Source of the DNA: Diplonema japonicum
Taxonomy: Eukaryota; Protista; Euglenozoa: Diplonemea
NCBI GenBank assembly: GCA_964019335.1
Contig: OZ025690.1
Span: forward strand, 372,001-436,000
DNA: 64,000 nt
Direction: 5' to 3'
Part shown: one piece after another, positions 53,015 to 64,000 of the stretch
How positions within the stretch are numbered: position 1 is the stretch's first letter
Layout: every line of letters begins with the position of its first letter
Position numbers and translations under genes: made by a program
Notes under the pieces: model-generated
What the model saw: only the letters and a program-made list of their open reading frames with translations
Told to the model about the DNA's origin: nothing
The model's database searches: none

Positions 53015-55905
53015 TCAAGGTATGATAAACGACAGGATCATAAAGCGAATCGTCCCTGCCAGTTGAGCATTGTCGGCTGCAGCAGCAGAAGTGACAGTCT
53101 TGGCATTCGTGTCAATAATCAGTTTGGTCAGCGCCTAACAAGTTTTTTTTTTTTTTTTAAATCACATACCCTCATCCCAGCGTACGTAGTGCTCGCCAGC
53201 ACTGTGGACATGTCGTCTTCTACAGAAGAAAGGACATCACACTTCAAGCAACTATTTTTTTTTTTTTTCCCCCTCTTTGTGTACGGTATTATCCCCATAC
53301 TTCTTGACTATCACAGCAATGTTCTCAGGAAGCACCAAACTGTTATCCGCGAAAGAGGAAACCTCGCTGGGCACTGTCTGCAGGCTATTGAACAAAGAAT
53401 CGAACGTTGCCTTTTTTTTTTTTTTTTTCTTTTGTGTTGAATTTCACCTCCTCCCAACACACACCTCGTCTGTCGGCATGCCCTCAAACACCGGTACGCA
53501 CCATTGCATGCAATGCAACGGGACAAACAAGGCCACCTGGTTGTCACTCCCATCCTCTCTCTTGTACCTCATGTCCAGCCTCAGCCGCATGGCAGTAGGG
53601 GCCGTCAAGCGTGTCTTGAACTCCATCACCACAGACCCGCCTGCAGCAAGCTGTGTTTTTCATTATCTCATGTTCACAAGGACACACCTCACGGGGGGGC
53701 TGTGCTGTCAGCTGGTACTCGATGGGTACCATGATCGCGCTGTCGGGTTGCAGCACGCAGTTCTTGGCACCCGCCTGTTGTGCTTTTAAAAAAAAGAAGT
53801 TAGATGGCTACCTGCATGATCCTTGACTCGAGGCTGTCGACTGCCTGCACGGCGGACAAGGTAAGCTGCACGTGACCGTAGGCTATCCCATCGCTGATGG
53901 GGAGCGCAGTCAGCTGTGTCGCCTTCACGTCGAGCACGCCGTTCGCCAGCAGTGTCCCGCCCACCTGACACGACCCCCGCATCCAGGCCTCCTCTACACC
54001 CCCCTCGGCCCACATGCGGTGTGTCCCCACATCCACTGTCTCCGCTGCCACAAAGGTCACCACATCAAACGCAATGTCCTGCATCCCCAGCGGTGCAGGT
54101 CCGGGAGGCGACGGCGACCCGAAGTCCTCACTCGGGAACGACGGCACGTCAAAAGCAGGGGGCTGCTCGGCACTTGTGGGGGAGGGTTCTGCAGGTGCAC
54201 TAAAGGGAGGTGGTTGCTCTGTGGGGGGGAAGGAAGGTGCGGCCTGCTCTGTAGGGAACGCAGGTGGTGCGCCGAATGCAGCCTGCTGTTCGGGTTGCTC
54301 TGACACAGGGAAGGGGGTCTCCATGGGGAAGACAGGTGGGGCATCAAAAGCTGCCTGCTCAGCAGCCGCCACTGGTGGGGCATCAAAAGCTGCCTGCTCC
54401 GAAGGGAATGCAGGTGTATTTGACTCGGTGGGGAATATAGGTGAGTCGAATGCAGTTTGCTCAGCAGGTGTGGTTGTGGGGAATGCCGGCGGTCCATCAA
54501 AGACAGGTGGCTGCTCCTGTGCCGCAGGTGCTGTTGCAGGGAAGCCGAAGGAAGGCGGCGCAGATTGCGCCACAGGCTCCTGCACAGCAGGGTCGGCAAA
54601 GGATGGCCCGCCTACTGCACTGCGCTGCTCGTTGGGGAACGCAGGCTGGTCAAATGTGGACTGGACCACACCCGTGGGTGATGCCTGTGCAGGTGCGGCA
54701 CCGAACAAGGGCGGGGCACTAGAGCTCGGCTGCTCATCTGTAGGCATCGGGAAGAGAGGTGGCTGGTCGGCAGTTGCGACAGCTGGTGCAGGTGGGTCGA
54801 AAGGTGCATCGAACGCGCCGAAAGCAGGCGGCGAGGAGTCGAAGGGGCCTTGGCTGTTGGCAGTGGGAGAGGCTTGAAGGAAGTCAGGCTCGGGGAAGAG
54901 AGAGGGCTGCTGCTCACTACGGGGCTGGCTGCTGGCGGTGGGGGATGCTTGCGGGAAGAGAGACGGTTGTTGCGACGCCTTGCTGGCATCGGTGGGCTGG
55001 TCGAACCCCACCGCAAACTCGGGTTCGAAGGCAGGAGTTGAGAAGTTGGCGTTGGTGGTACTTGAGGGGCCGGTGGGCGGGACGCTGAAGTCTGCCTCCC
55101 ACGACGTTGCAGGGGGCCAGTCCTTCGCCTCACTACCACCACCGGCCCTCAACCTGTTGAGCTCGGTTTTCGTCTCTTCAAGTTCCTGGCGGAGCTGGTC
55201 GCGTTCTTGTGTCAAAACACGGTTTTCTTCAGTCAATTGTGTAACTGTTGTTTGGGAGTTTCTCGCCTCCTCGAGTTGCGACTCAAGCTGCGAGAGTTGC
55301 ATGGCAAACTGCATCTCGTTTTCAGTCATCATTTGCTGCAGCCGCGTGACCTCCTCTTGGCTGGACGAAGAACCTTGGGCAGCGGCTACAGAGGCGGAGG
55401 GTGCTGCAACGGAGGTGTTCTCAGTGGCCCCACCGGAGTAAGGAGCTGACGGAGGAGCTTCAGGCAGGACGAGCCCTGCAGGCACGTAGCCGTCTGGGTG
55501 CATGATGGCATCTAGAAAGCAAGAAGCGTGTTCACCAAGAATTCGGAAATTATGGACGAAACCCTTCACATCAGCAAAGGCATGGTCCTCGGCCCCTTGC
55601 ATGAATTTTGAGATTTGTATTTCGGTCCTTCCAACCTCCTTCAGCTTGCCTTTAGGCTGTGGTTCTCCCAGGATCAACGTTAGGTTCTTTGCCTTCCACA
55701 TCCCGGATTTGTCCTTCTCTAAGTTCGTGGTAAAGACAAGGTCCTCCCTAAACTGCAGCGTTCCATCTTGGCCCATCTCCACTGGTGCGCTAGTCCCGTT
55801 GTTTCCCCCCCTCTTCCAATGCAGTACGTACTGCATTCCCCTTCTGAACACCTGTGACTGCACCGTGGTTATCCTGCCTTCGAATCGGTAAGTTGTCCTT
55901 CCCAT
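53015..55905 (-). CDS. NT-C2 domain / coiled-coil / Pro-Phe-rich linker / adaptin-appendage-like protein; 5 introns in the 3' part
   Basis: LHWKRGG...FREDLVFTTNL..DKSG.WKAK.L...VGRTEIQISKF (EEIG1/EHBP1-type C2). Manual splicing continues RIMQ|AGAKNC...PPRE|LAAGGSVVMEF...PTDE|ATFDSLF...VKN CLK...AGMR|ALTKL...FIIP*. Confidence 0.75.
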
Positions 55906-56683
55906 TTTTTTTTCTCTTTTTTTTTTTTTAAAGTTTGTGTGTGTGGGAGCGGGGTCCCCCTCTCTCCTTGGGTGAGGTTATTATTTTTTTTTGTTTTTTT
56001 TGGAGGGGGAGCGAAGGAAAAAAAATAAAGCAGAGGGGAGGTTTATTTAGGGAGAGGTGGAAAAGAAAAGGGGAAAAAAAAAAAGAGAGAAAAAAAATAT
56101 CACTATTGATGGATGGTGAAGGGAGGGGAAGTATTGGTAATGATCCGATCCCCCCCCACACACGGTAAAAAAAAAAAAAGGAAGAAGAAATGTAGGCGAG
56201 GCGAAAAAAAATACAGTTTTTTTCTTTTCTTTTTTTTTTTTTTTTTTTTTCCAGAAAGGAGCAAGAAGGACGGTGAGAAATCATAAATAAAGAGAAAAAA
56301 TTTTTTATTTGGGATAAAAAAGAAAGACAAGAAAAGAAAAGAAAGAAGAAAAAAAAAAAATATATGAGTTAAAGGAGGCCGGTGTTGGCGGCGCCCTGCA
56401 CAAGAACTGTCTACTTGATTACAGGGGGCGCGCCGCGGCCGAGTTGTAGCTTCTTCTGCGTTCCGCGTCGTGTCCTTAATGCGTGCGGTGTGCAGCTCAA
56501 CCCCAGCCGGTGCGTCCCGGGTAACCAAGCTCTACTTTTTTTTTTTTGTTGACATAACCCTCTCCTGATGTACCTCTTAAAAGAAAAAGAAAATCGACTG
56601 ACGCAGTCGTTGCTGTTTTCTGTTTTTGCTTTTTTTGTTGTCGGCTTGTCTTACGAAATGAAGACCAGACGCTTCTTTGTCGT

Positions 56684-56716
<33 letters not shown>

Positions 56717-57092
56717 CTACCTTCACAGCAATGTGTCGTTCTTTTTTTTCGTAAGGAAGAGAGTGGTGTGCCACATTAGAATTTGTAGTTTTTTTTTTTT
56801 TTTTAATCTTTTTTTTTTGATGTGAGAGAGCCGAAAAAAAAAAAAAAAAAAGGGACCGGTTTCAATTCCCGTTGGTATAATATATAAAAGGTTCAAAATT
56901 CAAAAAAAAAAAAAAAAAAAAAAGTAAAGAAAAAAAAATGGAATATAAATGTTGATACGATAGAGGGGGAAAAAATCTTTTTTTGATGAAATTGACTGAA
57001 TATATAGGGGAGAGGGTGAAGCCCCTCTGCCCGCCCCCCCTCTCTTTGGTTTCTGAAGACCCCCCCTTTTTCTCCGAATAAGGCCTCAATAA

Positions 57093-57133
<41 letters not shown>

Positions 57134-57371
57134 GCAGTTGTACACCAGGAGTTAAAAACCAGTTTGGGTGCATAACACCCCGTGTTTTTTTGCATTTTAT
57201 TGGGGGGGGGTGAAAGGGAGTACAAAGACGAATTGTCGAAAAATGAAGAGAAACGGAAATGCGTATTTCTTTTTTTTTTTTTTTTTTTTTTTTCAAATAC
57301 TGTAAATCGGGAAAAAAAAAAATGTCCGGACCTAAGAACACCCTGGCCTGACAAATCTTTGGACGTGCCGG

Positions 57372-57413
<42 letters not shown>

Positions 57414-57493
57414 GTTCTTTTTACCGATTGGGGGTACTTAAGGAACTGCTTTTGTAAGACCCGGCACTTTTTTTTTTTTTAAATTTTTTTTTT

Positions 57494-58160
57494 ATTTTTA
57501 TTTAATTCCGAGCAGCTCTCTCAAAGAATTTAGGCCGGAAGATATAAATCAGGTTTCACTTTATTTCACGGGCGTGAAATAAAGTATCTGATTTTTTTCC
57601 TCATGTATTTAAGCCAACGTTGCTGGGTTTGCTGGGCGTGAAAATCAGGTACTTTATTTCACACCCACAGTCATTTCTAGCAAAATGGGAAGAAAACCGA
57701 AGGCGACCGGGAAGCGAGCCAAGGGCATCAGCCTCGAGAAGAGGCCAAAGCTGTGATGGAAGACACGCTTCCAACGGCAAGCAAAATAGCCTACAAGAAG
57801 GAGTGGGAGAGGTTTTGCACCTACCACTCGATCAAACCCACGCCCCTTCAGCCCTGCCCCCTTCGACACAGCCCACTTCTTCAGCAGTGCACAGAATCAC
57901 GTTTGACATAAACGTCAACATCATTTCGCCTAATTGATCATACCAAACCCAGTACCGTGTTCAATAAAGACTCGCGCATTGCGCCAGCGAAGCCACACTT
58001 AGCACCTAATTTCTTTTCGAGAGCAGCTCATCATTAAATAAAATCCAGTATTGAATAAAATCAGAGCATGATTTCACTCGCGAAGTAAAATCACTCGTCA
58101 AAAATGGGACCCCACAAGTGAAATCAGGCTATCTGATTTTCATTTAATAAATAGCTATTT
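57494..58160 (+). mobile_element. Non-autonomous IR + terminal-hairpin element H5 with putative tyrosine-recombinase remnants
   Basis: Imperfect ~38-bp IR (57494-57535 / 58005-58043); hairpin at ~58048-58149; end TAAATAGCTA; flanked by T-runs. Confidence 0.75.
57685..57937 (+). pseudogene. Frameshifted, internally deleted remnant of a Crypton-like tyrosine recombinase
   Basis: MGRKPKATGKRAKGISL / frameshift / EEAKAVMEDTLPTASKIAYKKEWERFCTYH resembles the YR N-terminal SAM-like domain start. The tail RITFDINVNIISPN* resembles Crypton-type C-termini. Both resemblances are from memory. Confidence 0.5.
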
Positions 58161-58853
58161 TTTTTTTCTTTTTTTTTTTTACAGCATTTAAGTTTTTCAA
58201 ATTGGTATTCTTCTTCTTTTTATTTTTTTTCCTTTCCCCCCCCTTTTTTTTCCCGTAAATAATATAAAAGAAAAAAAGTTCGTTTTCTGGGGGGGGGGGA
58301 AGGGGGTGTTATTTTCATTTTTTTTTGAATTCCTTTTTCGCTTCTCATTTCAGCTGGGCTGAAAGGGGAGAGAATCAGGCAGAAAAATTTGCTATTTTTT
58401 TGTAGGTGGTGGGGGGAAGTTGATGAAGAGAAGGAAAAAAAAAAGTTGCGATCAATGATCCAAGGGCACGATTCTCAAGTTAAGTATTCATTCAGAATTT
58501 TGTGCTTCATGTTAAGCGGGGAGGGGGGTAAATGAAAGGACATTGAGATTCCAAGAGGGTGCTAAGAAAGAAAAAAAAAATCAGGGATTACGTTGGAGGG
58601 GAAGGGAGGAGAAAAAGCGTGTCCACAAACCTCTTTTTCAGTTTCTTTTTTTTTTTCTTTTCTTTTCTCGAAACTTACTTTCTAGATTGAGGCGGGAGCA
58701 CAAAGAAAAAAAAAAAAAAAAAAGAAAGCAGGGGCCCCATACATTTCAGGGGGTTTAAGCTTTTTCTTTTTTTTTGATAATTTTCTTTTTTTTTATTGGT
58801 ACACAATTAGCAGGGCGGGGATTTAAAAAAAAAAAAAAAAAAAAAAACAACTT

Positions 58854-59534
58854 TTATTTCACTCTTCAGAAATTACTTCACGCACTGGGGGGCCCATTAC
58901 TTCACGCTAAATTTCATTACTTCACGGTGAAATAATGGCCTGTTTTCCGTGAAATAATAGGGGGTTTCCGGTAAATAATATGCCTCAGTAGGCCAATTTT
59001 TGCCTCGGTTCGGTTCCCAGTGGGGCTACTTTTTCCTCTCAGTTTGCTAATTTCCCCCAGGCTCAGCTCAATTGGCCAACTTTTGCCTCGGCTCAGTTCC
59101 AAGTTGGACTACTTTTTCCTCCCAATTTGCCCACTTTTGGCTTGGCCTTGTTCCCAGTTTCTGGGGTAACTCTTCTGTGGGTAAGGGTAACTTAGTCAGC
59201 TTACCCAAGCTCCCCAAAAGACTTCAAAATACCGAAGGAGCAGAAAAAAAGGAGCCAGCGGCCGCGCTAGGTATGGGAAGGCCTGATTAGAGATGGTGAC
59301 AGTGGCAATGCCAGCGACAGCGGCAGCTCTTAGTCAACAAAAGGAGGAAAAACAACTTGTATTGTAACCTTTGTAACCCCTCTCTTGTTGTACCCCTTGT
59401 CACCCTGTTGTGCCCCTCGTGGTGAAGTAATTTCAGAGTGTCGTGAAATAAAACCACTTACCTACCGCCAAGTAATGCTTTACCGACCTCGAGGTAACGG
59501 TAAAGTCATTACTTGTTGGCAGTAAATAGCTATT
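58854..59534. mobile_element. Element H4, duplicate of H3
   Basis: About 680 bp matching 37679-38359 at a constant offset of 21175; flanks unrelated. Confidence 0.88.
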
Positions 59535-59574
59535 TTTTTTTCGTTATAGTATCATATGCTGTACCCGTTTGTCC

Positions 59575-59614
<40 letters not shown>

Positions 59615-60582
59615 CCCGTAACCGAGGCTACAATTCCACAGGGAGGACATTTCTGGTTTATCCTCTCCCCTAGAGGGTAACAGCAGACGAGGGGTTTTCT
59701 TCCTACATGTGTTTTTTTTTTTTTTTTTTTTTTTTTCTTTTTTTTTAAAGTAGCTACATGATTCTTTTTTTTCATCTAGAAAAAAAAAGGGGGGTGTGAT
59801 TTACCCTTCAATAGGTGTGAAGGGGGAAGACTCAAAGAAACAAATGTGTCAATGATAGAAAAACCAGCTTCTTTTCAAAGAAGAGGGCTAACAAAGAAAA
59901 ATAATTTCCTTCCCCTCCCCTTTTTTTTTTCTTCTCTCTATGGCCTCTATGGCAATGAAGGAGAACTGAGAGGGGAACACAACAACAAAAAAAATAAACA
60001 CACACACACTGGTATTTCCTTTTTTTTTTCTCTTTTTTTTTTCCCCCCCCAAGGAAGAACAAAACTATGTGATGGGGGCGTTCTCTTTTTTTTCCCCTAA
60101 ACGCTCCTCTCGTTATTTGACGGCAAAAAAAAAAAATCTACCACACACAAAAATTAAAAGAAGTCACGCTCGGCAAAAAAAAAAAAAAAAAAAAAAAACA
60201 AAAAAAAAAAACCTATATATAGTGCGGGTCAAACCGGATGGGGGGGGAGAATGAAGAAAAAAAAGAAAGAAAAAAAGAACAAGAAAAATGTGCGCGCTAA
60301 TTTGAACGGAAATCTGATTCATGAAGGTGAGGAGGGGGAAAGGAGGGGGGGGGTACGGGCGCGGGCGTCACTGTGATCGCTTCCCTTGTGTGCTAGAAAG
60401 TATCAAAATATGTTAAACTAAAAAACACGTCACAAAAGGCAAATAAAACTCGATTTAAAAAAGGGTGCTGGACGCAACTTCCAATAACAGGCCTGCATCC
60501 GAGCACAGACTCAAGTGAACGGTGGAGACTTTTGAGGCGAGCAATTCCACCTTGTGCCGTGCAACAAAAAAAAAATTCCATT

Positions 60583-60616
<34 letters not shown>

Positions 60617-60834
60617 CCCTCAAAAGAATGACTACGTGAGTTAAAACACAACAAGTAAAAACAAAAAGAAATAAAAAAGAGAAAAAAAAAAAAAAGAAAA
60701 ATCACTCAGGACTAGAAAGGTAGTTAATGAAACTTCACGCCCCTTCCCCTCCATTTTTTTTTTTTAATTCTTTTTTTCAAACCAAAAAAGGGTGGAAGGA
60801 AGAGGAGGAAAAGTTGAAAAGATAAGAAAAAAAT

Positions 60835-60870
60835 TCACTAATAGGAACGAAGTGGTTAGCAACGGCCCGC
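60835..60870. repeat. Dispersed 38-nt motif, copy C (2-nt deletion)
   Basis: TCACTA--ATAGGAACGAAGTGGTTAGCAACGGCCCGC. Confidence 0.88.
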
Positions 60871-61239
60871 AAGAAAAGAAGCAAATATCACACAAAACAA
60901 CAACAAAAAAAAAGAAGAAAGAACGAAAAACATTTCTCCCCCCCCCATTTTTTTTTTCTCCAATATGATTTTTGTCCTTTATTTGCCAAGACAAAAAAAG
61001 AGGGGGGGAAGAAGAAGAGAAAGAAGAAGAACAGAAGAAAAAGAAAAAACGAATTTACCGCAATTTGCCTTGTCAGAAAAACAATTTTCCGCAATGCCCC
61101 CCGTCCTCCTGTCTTTCATTTTTACTTCTTCTTTTTTTTTAAATCTCTTCCCCCCCCCAAAAAAAATAAGAATAAAAAAATAGATTGTTCACAATTAATC
61201 GGGATTTTCTTTTTTTTTTTTAAAGTGGTGCAGGATCCC

Positions 61240-61288
<49 letters not shown>

Positions 61289-62737
61289 TTAGCAAACACG
61301 CATTGCTACCTTCCCATATAAGGGGGGCAACAAACAGGGAAGCAGAGGGGGGATTTAGGCAGAGGGAAATAAACTCAGAAAACAAAATAAGGCGAGATTT
61401 TTGAGAAACTACATATAAACACGAAAAAAAAAGGGGGGGGGGAAGAGAACTTTCCGCAACGTATCTCTAAAGGTTGTCCAGCTCGTCCGGACGAGGCCTA
61501 AAGGGTCCAAGGACCGACAGAGGCAACTCGTTGCAGTAGAAAAGAAGAATGACTTTGGTTGCTTGTCAACCGCCTGGCGTACAAGCAACTGGAAACTGGC
61601 AACCAACTCGAGATATGATGCATCAAAAGAAGAGGGGAAGTACGCGGGAAAAAAAAAAAAAAAAAGAGAAAAAAAAAGATTTCTGTCCCCCCAAGACGAC
61701 CATCCACTGATGGGGGCAATGGGGTCCTATTTTTTTATTAGGGAAGGGAAAAAGAACAAAAAAAAAGGGGGGAAATAAAAAAAAAAGAAAAGAAAACCTC
61801 TGTATGTGTTTTAGCACAACCCTGCTTTTGTGGTTTCTTTTTTTTTTTTTTCCCCTCTCTTTCTTTCCCTTTTTTTTTTTCTCTCCTTCTCCCCCTTCTA
61901 TCCTCTTTTAAAAAAAAGAAGAGAGGGAAGAACGAGGGGGAAAAAAAAAAAAGAGGGGGAAAAAAAAAAGAAGGAAAAAAAAAGAGGGGAAAATGTGAAG
62001 TGGAAGGCTGCCTGTTCAACAAAGAACGGGGCACATGCACCATTTTTCTTTTGTGTTTGTTGTTGCTTTTCTCTTATGGTTTTTTTTGGGGGGGGTGGGG
62101 GCGAAACTATTTTCGAAAAAAAAAGAAGAAGAAAAGCATTTAAAGGTATAGTTGCGTCCATGTATGGAGGCCTGTAGGCCTATGTTTCTCCTTTTTTTAG
62201 CATTTCTTTTTTTTTTTCTTTCTGTATTGACTTTCTTAAGGGGGAGAATGCCCGCCCCAGAAAATAAAAAGGGGGGGGTACACTTTCTTTTTCATTCTTT
62301 CTTTTTTTTCCCTTTTTTTTTCTTCTCATTCAAAAAAGTGCTTTGATCCTTGAGGCAGAAGTTGCCTACTGTCTAGTTTTTTTTTCTTCTTTCTTACATT
62401 TGCCTTCAACCAGCTAAGGTATTATGAGCAAATCTTTGTGTAGTTTCTGCATTTTTTGAGGAAACTTATTTATATTTCCACATCACTGCCCATATACAAA
62501 CGTTTTTTTTTTCCCTTTTTTTTTGTTTTTTCATTTCATTCTTAAATCAAGAATCTTTTTTTTTGGGGGGGGAAACCCAATCACAAATTTTTTTTCCACA
62601 TTTTTTTTTTTTGTTGTGCTTTAATATCAAGAAACGCAATTGTAGTTGGGGCAGGCAAGGAACACTTTAAAAAGAAAAAAAAAGATTAGAAAAAAAAAAA
62701 AAAACAAGAAAAAGATAAGTTAAGCGTGAAGGAGAGG

Positions 62738-62779
<42 letters not shown>

Positions 62780-64000
62780 GGAAACAATCCCGCTTGAGGA
62801 GAAAGTGCCCGAAGGAGTAAACTCGAAGGGGGAAGAGGTACGCTGGGAAAGTGAGGACAGTGGGGAAACAGAGGGGTAGTTTTTCTTTCAGTTTTTTTCT
62901 TTTTTTTTTTTTTTTTTTTACACAATTTTTTTTTTTTTGATTCCCTTCCTTTTTCCAGCGCGTTGAGGTGGAATAATATAAAGAAGAAGTTATCTCGCGA
63001 AAAAGGGGTATAGAAATAACCACCTCTTTTTTTGTTTTGTTTTTGTTTTTGTTTTTTTAAATTTTATTTTTTTTTTTTTTTTTACTTCCCTAAGGGGCTT
63101 TAGGCTAGATTTAGATAAATAAAAGTAAACTTTATTTTATCTTTATTTAAATAACCTAACACAAGAAGATTAGCATTAGTCGGAAGTAAAAACAATAAAA
63201 TTAAAAATTATGGATTATTTGGTCTAATATGCCTTTATTCTTCCCTTGGAAGAAGAAAGTTACTTTTTTTTTTCTTCTTTTTTTTTTTTTTGAGAAATCG
63301 GAAAAATAGGAAAAATATCCCAATTCTCGATAAAAGTAAGGGCGAAAGGGCCGGGTGTATCCAAGGAAAAAAAAAAAAAAAAAAAAAAAAACAATTTGGC
63401 AAAATTTTTTTTCGCCCTCTTTCCTCCCCTATTTTCTCTGTTGGTACTATAATTCGCCGCTTTTTTTTTTTTTTTTTTAATTTGAACTCCGTTTTTATTT
63501 ACCCCCTTCTTTTTTTTTTTTTTTTTTTTTTTTTTTGTTTGTTTCTTGTTTCTTCCCCAAAGGAGAGAATGGCCAGTTGGGGAGGCTATAAAATATTAGA
63601 AGAAGAAAGGGGGGGCTGTAATGAAAGCCTGATATTGGTCATTGTTGGCCTGGGGTAAAGAAAAAAAAAATAAATAAATAATAACCCCTGCAAGTCTGTG
63701 TAATGGAATTTCTACATGACTTTTTTTTGTTTACAAGAGAAGAAGCAAAGAATTGAATAAAGTAAACAAAGGGAGGTGGGGCACAATCCAAGAAGTGAGG
63801 CGACAAGTATAAAAAAAGAAGGAGAAAAATAAAAATCCTGCAATGGAATCTGGGCAGGTGTCGTTTCTTTTCCATGTCTTTTTATCGAACCTCCTGTTGG
63901 CCCTTCGAAAAATTATTATAAAGAAAAAAAAAAGGGGGTGGGGAAAAAAATAGGAGAGAGAAGAAGAAGAAAAAAAAGAAAGAAAGAAAGAAGGAGGGGG

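Noticed and set aside
63160-63180. AGAAGATTAGCAT match to U6 snRNA
   Set aside because: Isolated 13-mer; the flanks do not continue U6.

Overview
Eukaryotic nuclear DNA rich in A/T homopolymers. About 25 protein genes all lie on the minus strand, like a kinetoplastid directional gene cluster, but many carry very short GT-AG introns (33-70 nt, usually GTATG...CAG). Together with a PSP1-C protein, this suggests a euglenozoan, most likely a diplonemid (inference). Host genes include PP2C (partial), a RING-TRAF-SPRY protein, two PPR proteins, tandem DIS3L2 paralogues, a sirtuin-YEATS fusion, MsrB, FAM227-like, PSP1-C, multi-BRCT, an O-fucosyltransferase-like enzyme, three RPS20 copies, two RPS26 copies, a Ca2+/H+ antiporter, an APC permease and an NT-C2/adaptin-ear-like protein. 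Three mobile-DNA signals stand out. (1) An apparently intact 6.6-kb non-LTR retrotransposon. Its ORF1 starts with an OTU cysteine-protease domain and is separated from the APE-RT ORF2 by a single in-frame UGA, followed 7 nt later by a stem-loop that buries the ORF2 AUG and encodes a Gly-Gly motif. This is a candidate readthrough-plus-proteolysis, gag-pol-like expression scheme in a LINE. (2) A dispersed 38-nt motif, one copy of which abuts the 3' end of the LINE and may be its target. (3) Five non-autonomous elements with a shared architecture (inverted repeats plus a long terminal hairpin ending TAAATAG[C/T]TA). One retains apparent tyrosine-recombinase remnants, which points to a Crypton-like family. 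All family assignments come from reading motifs by eye; no searches were run.
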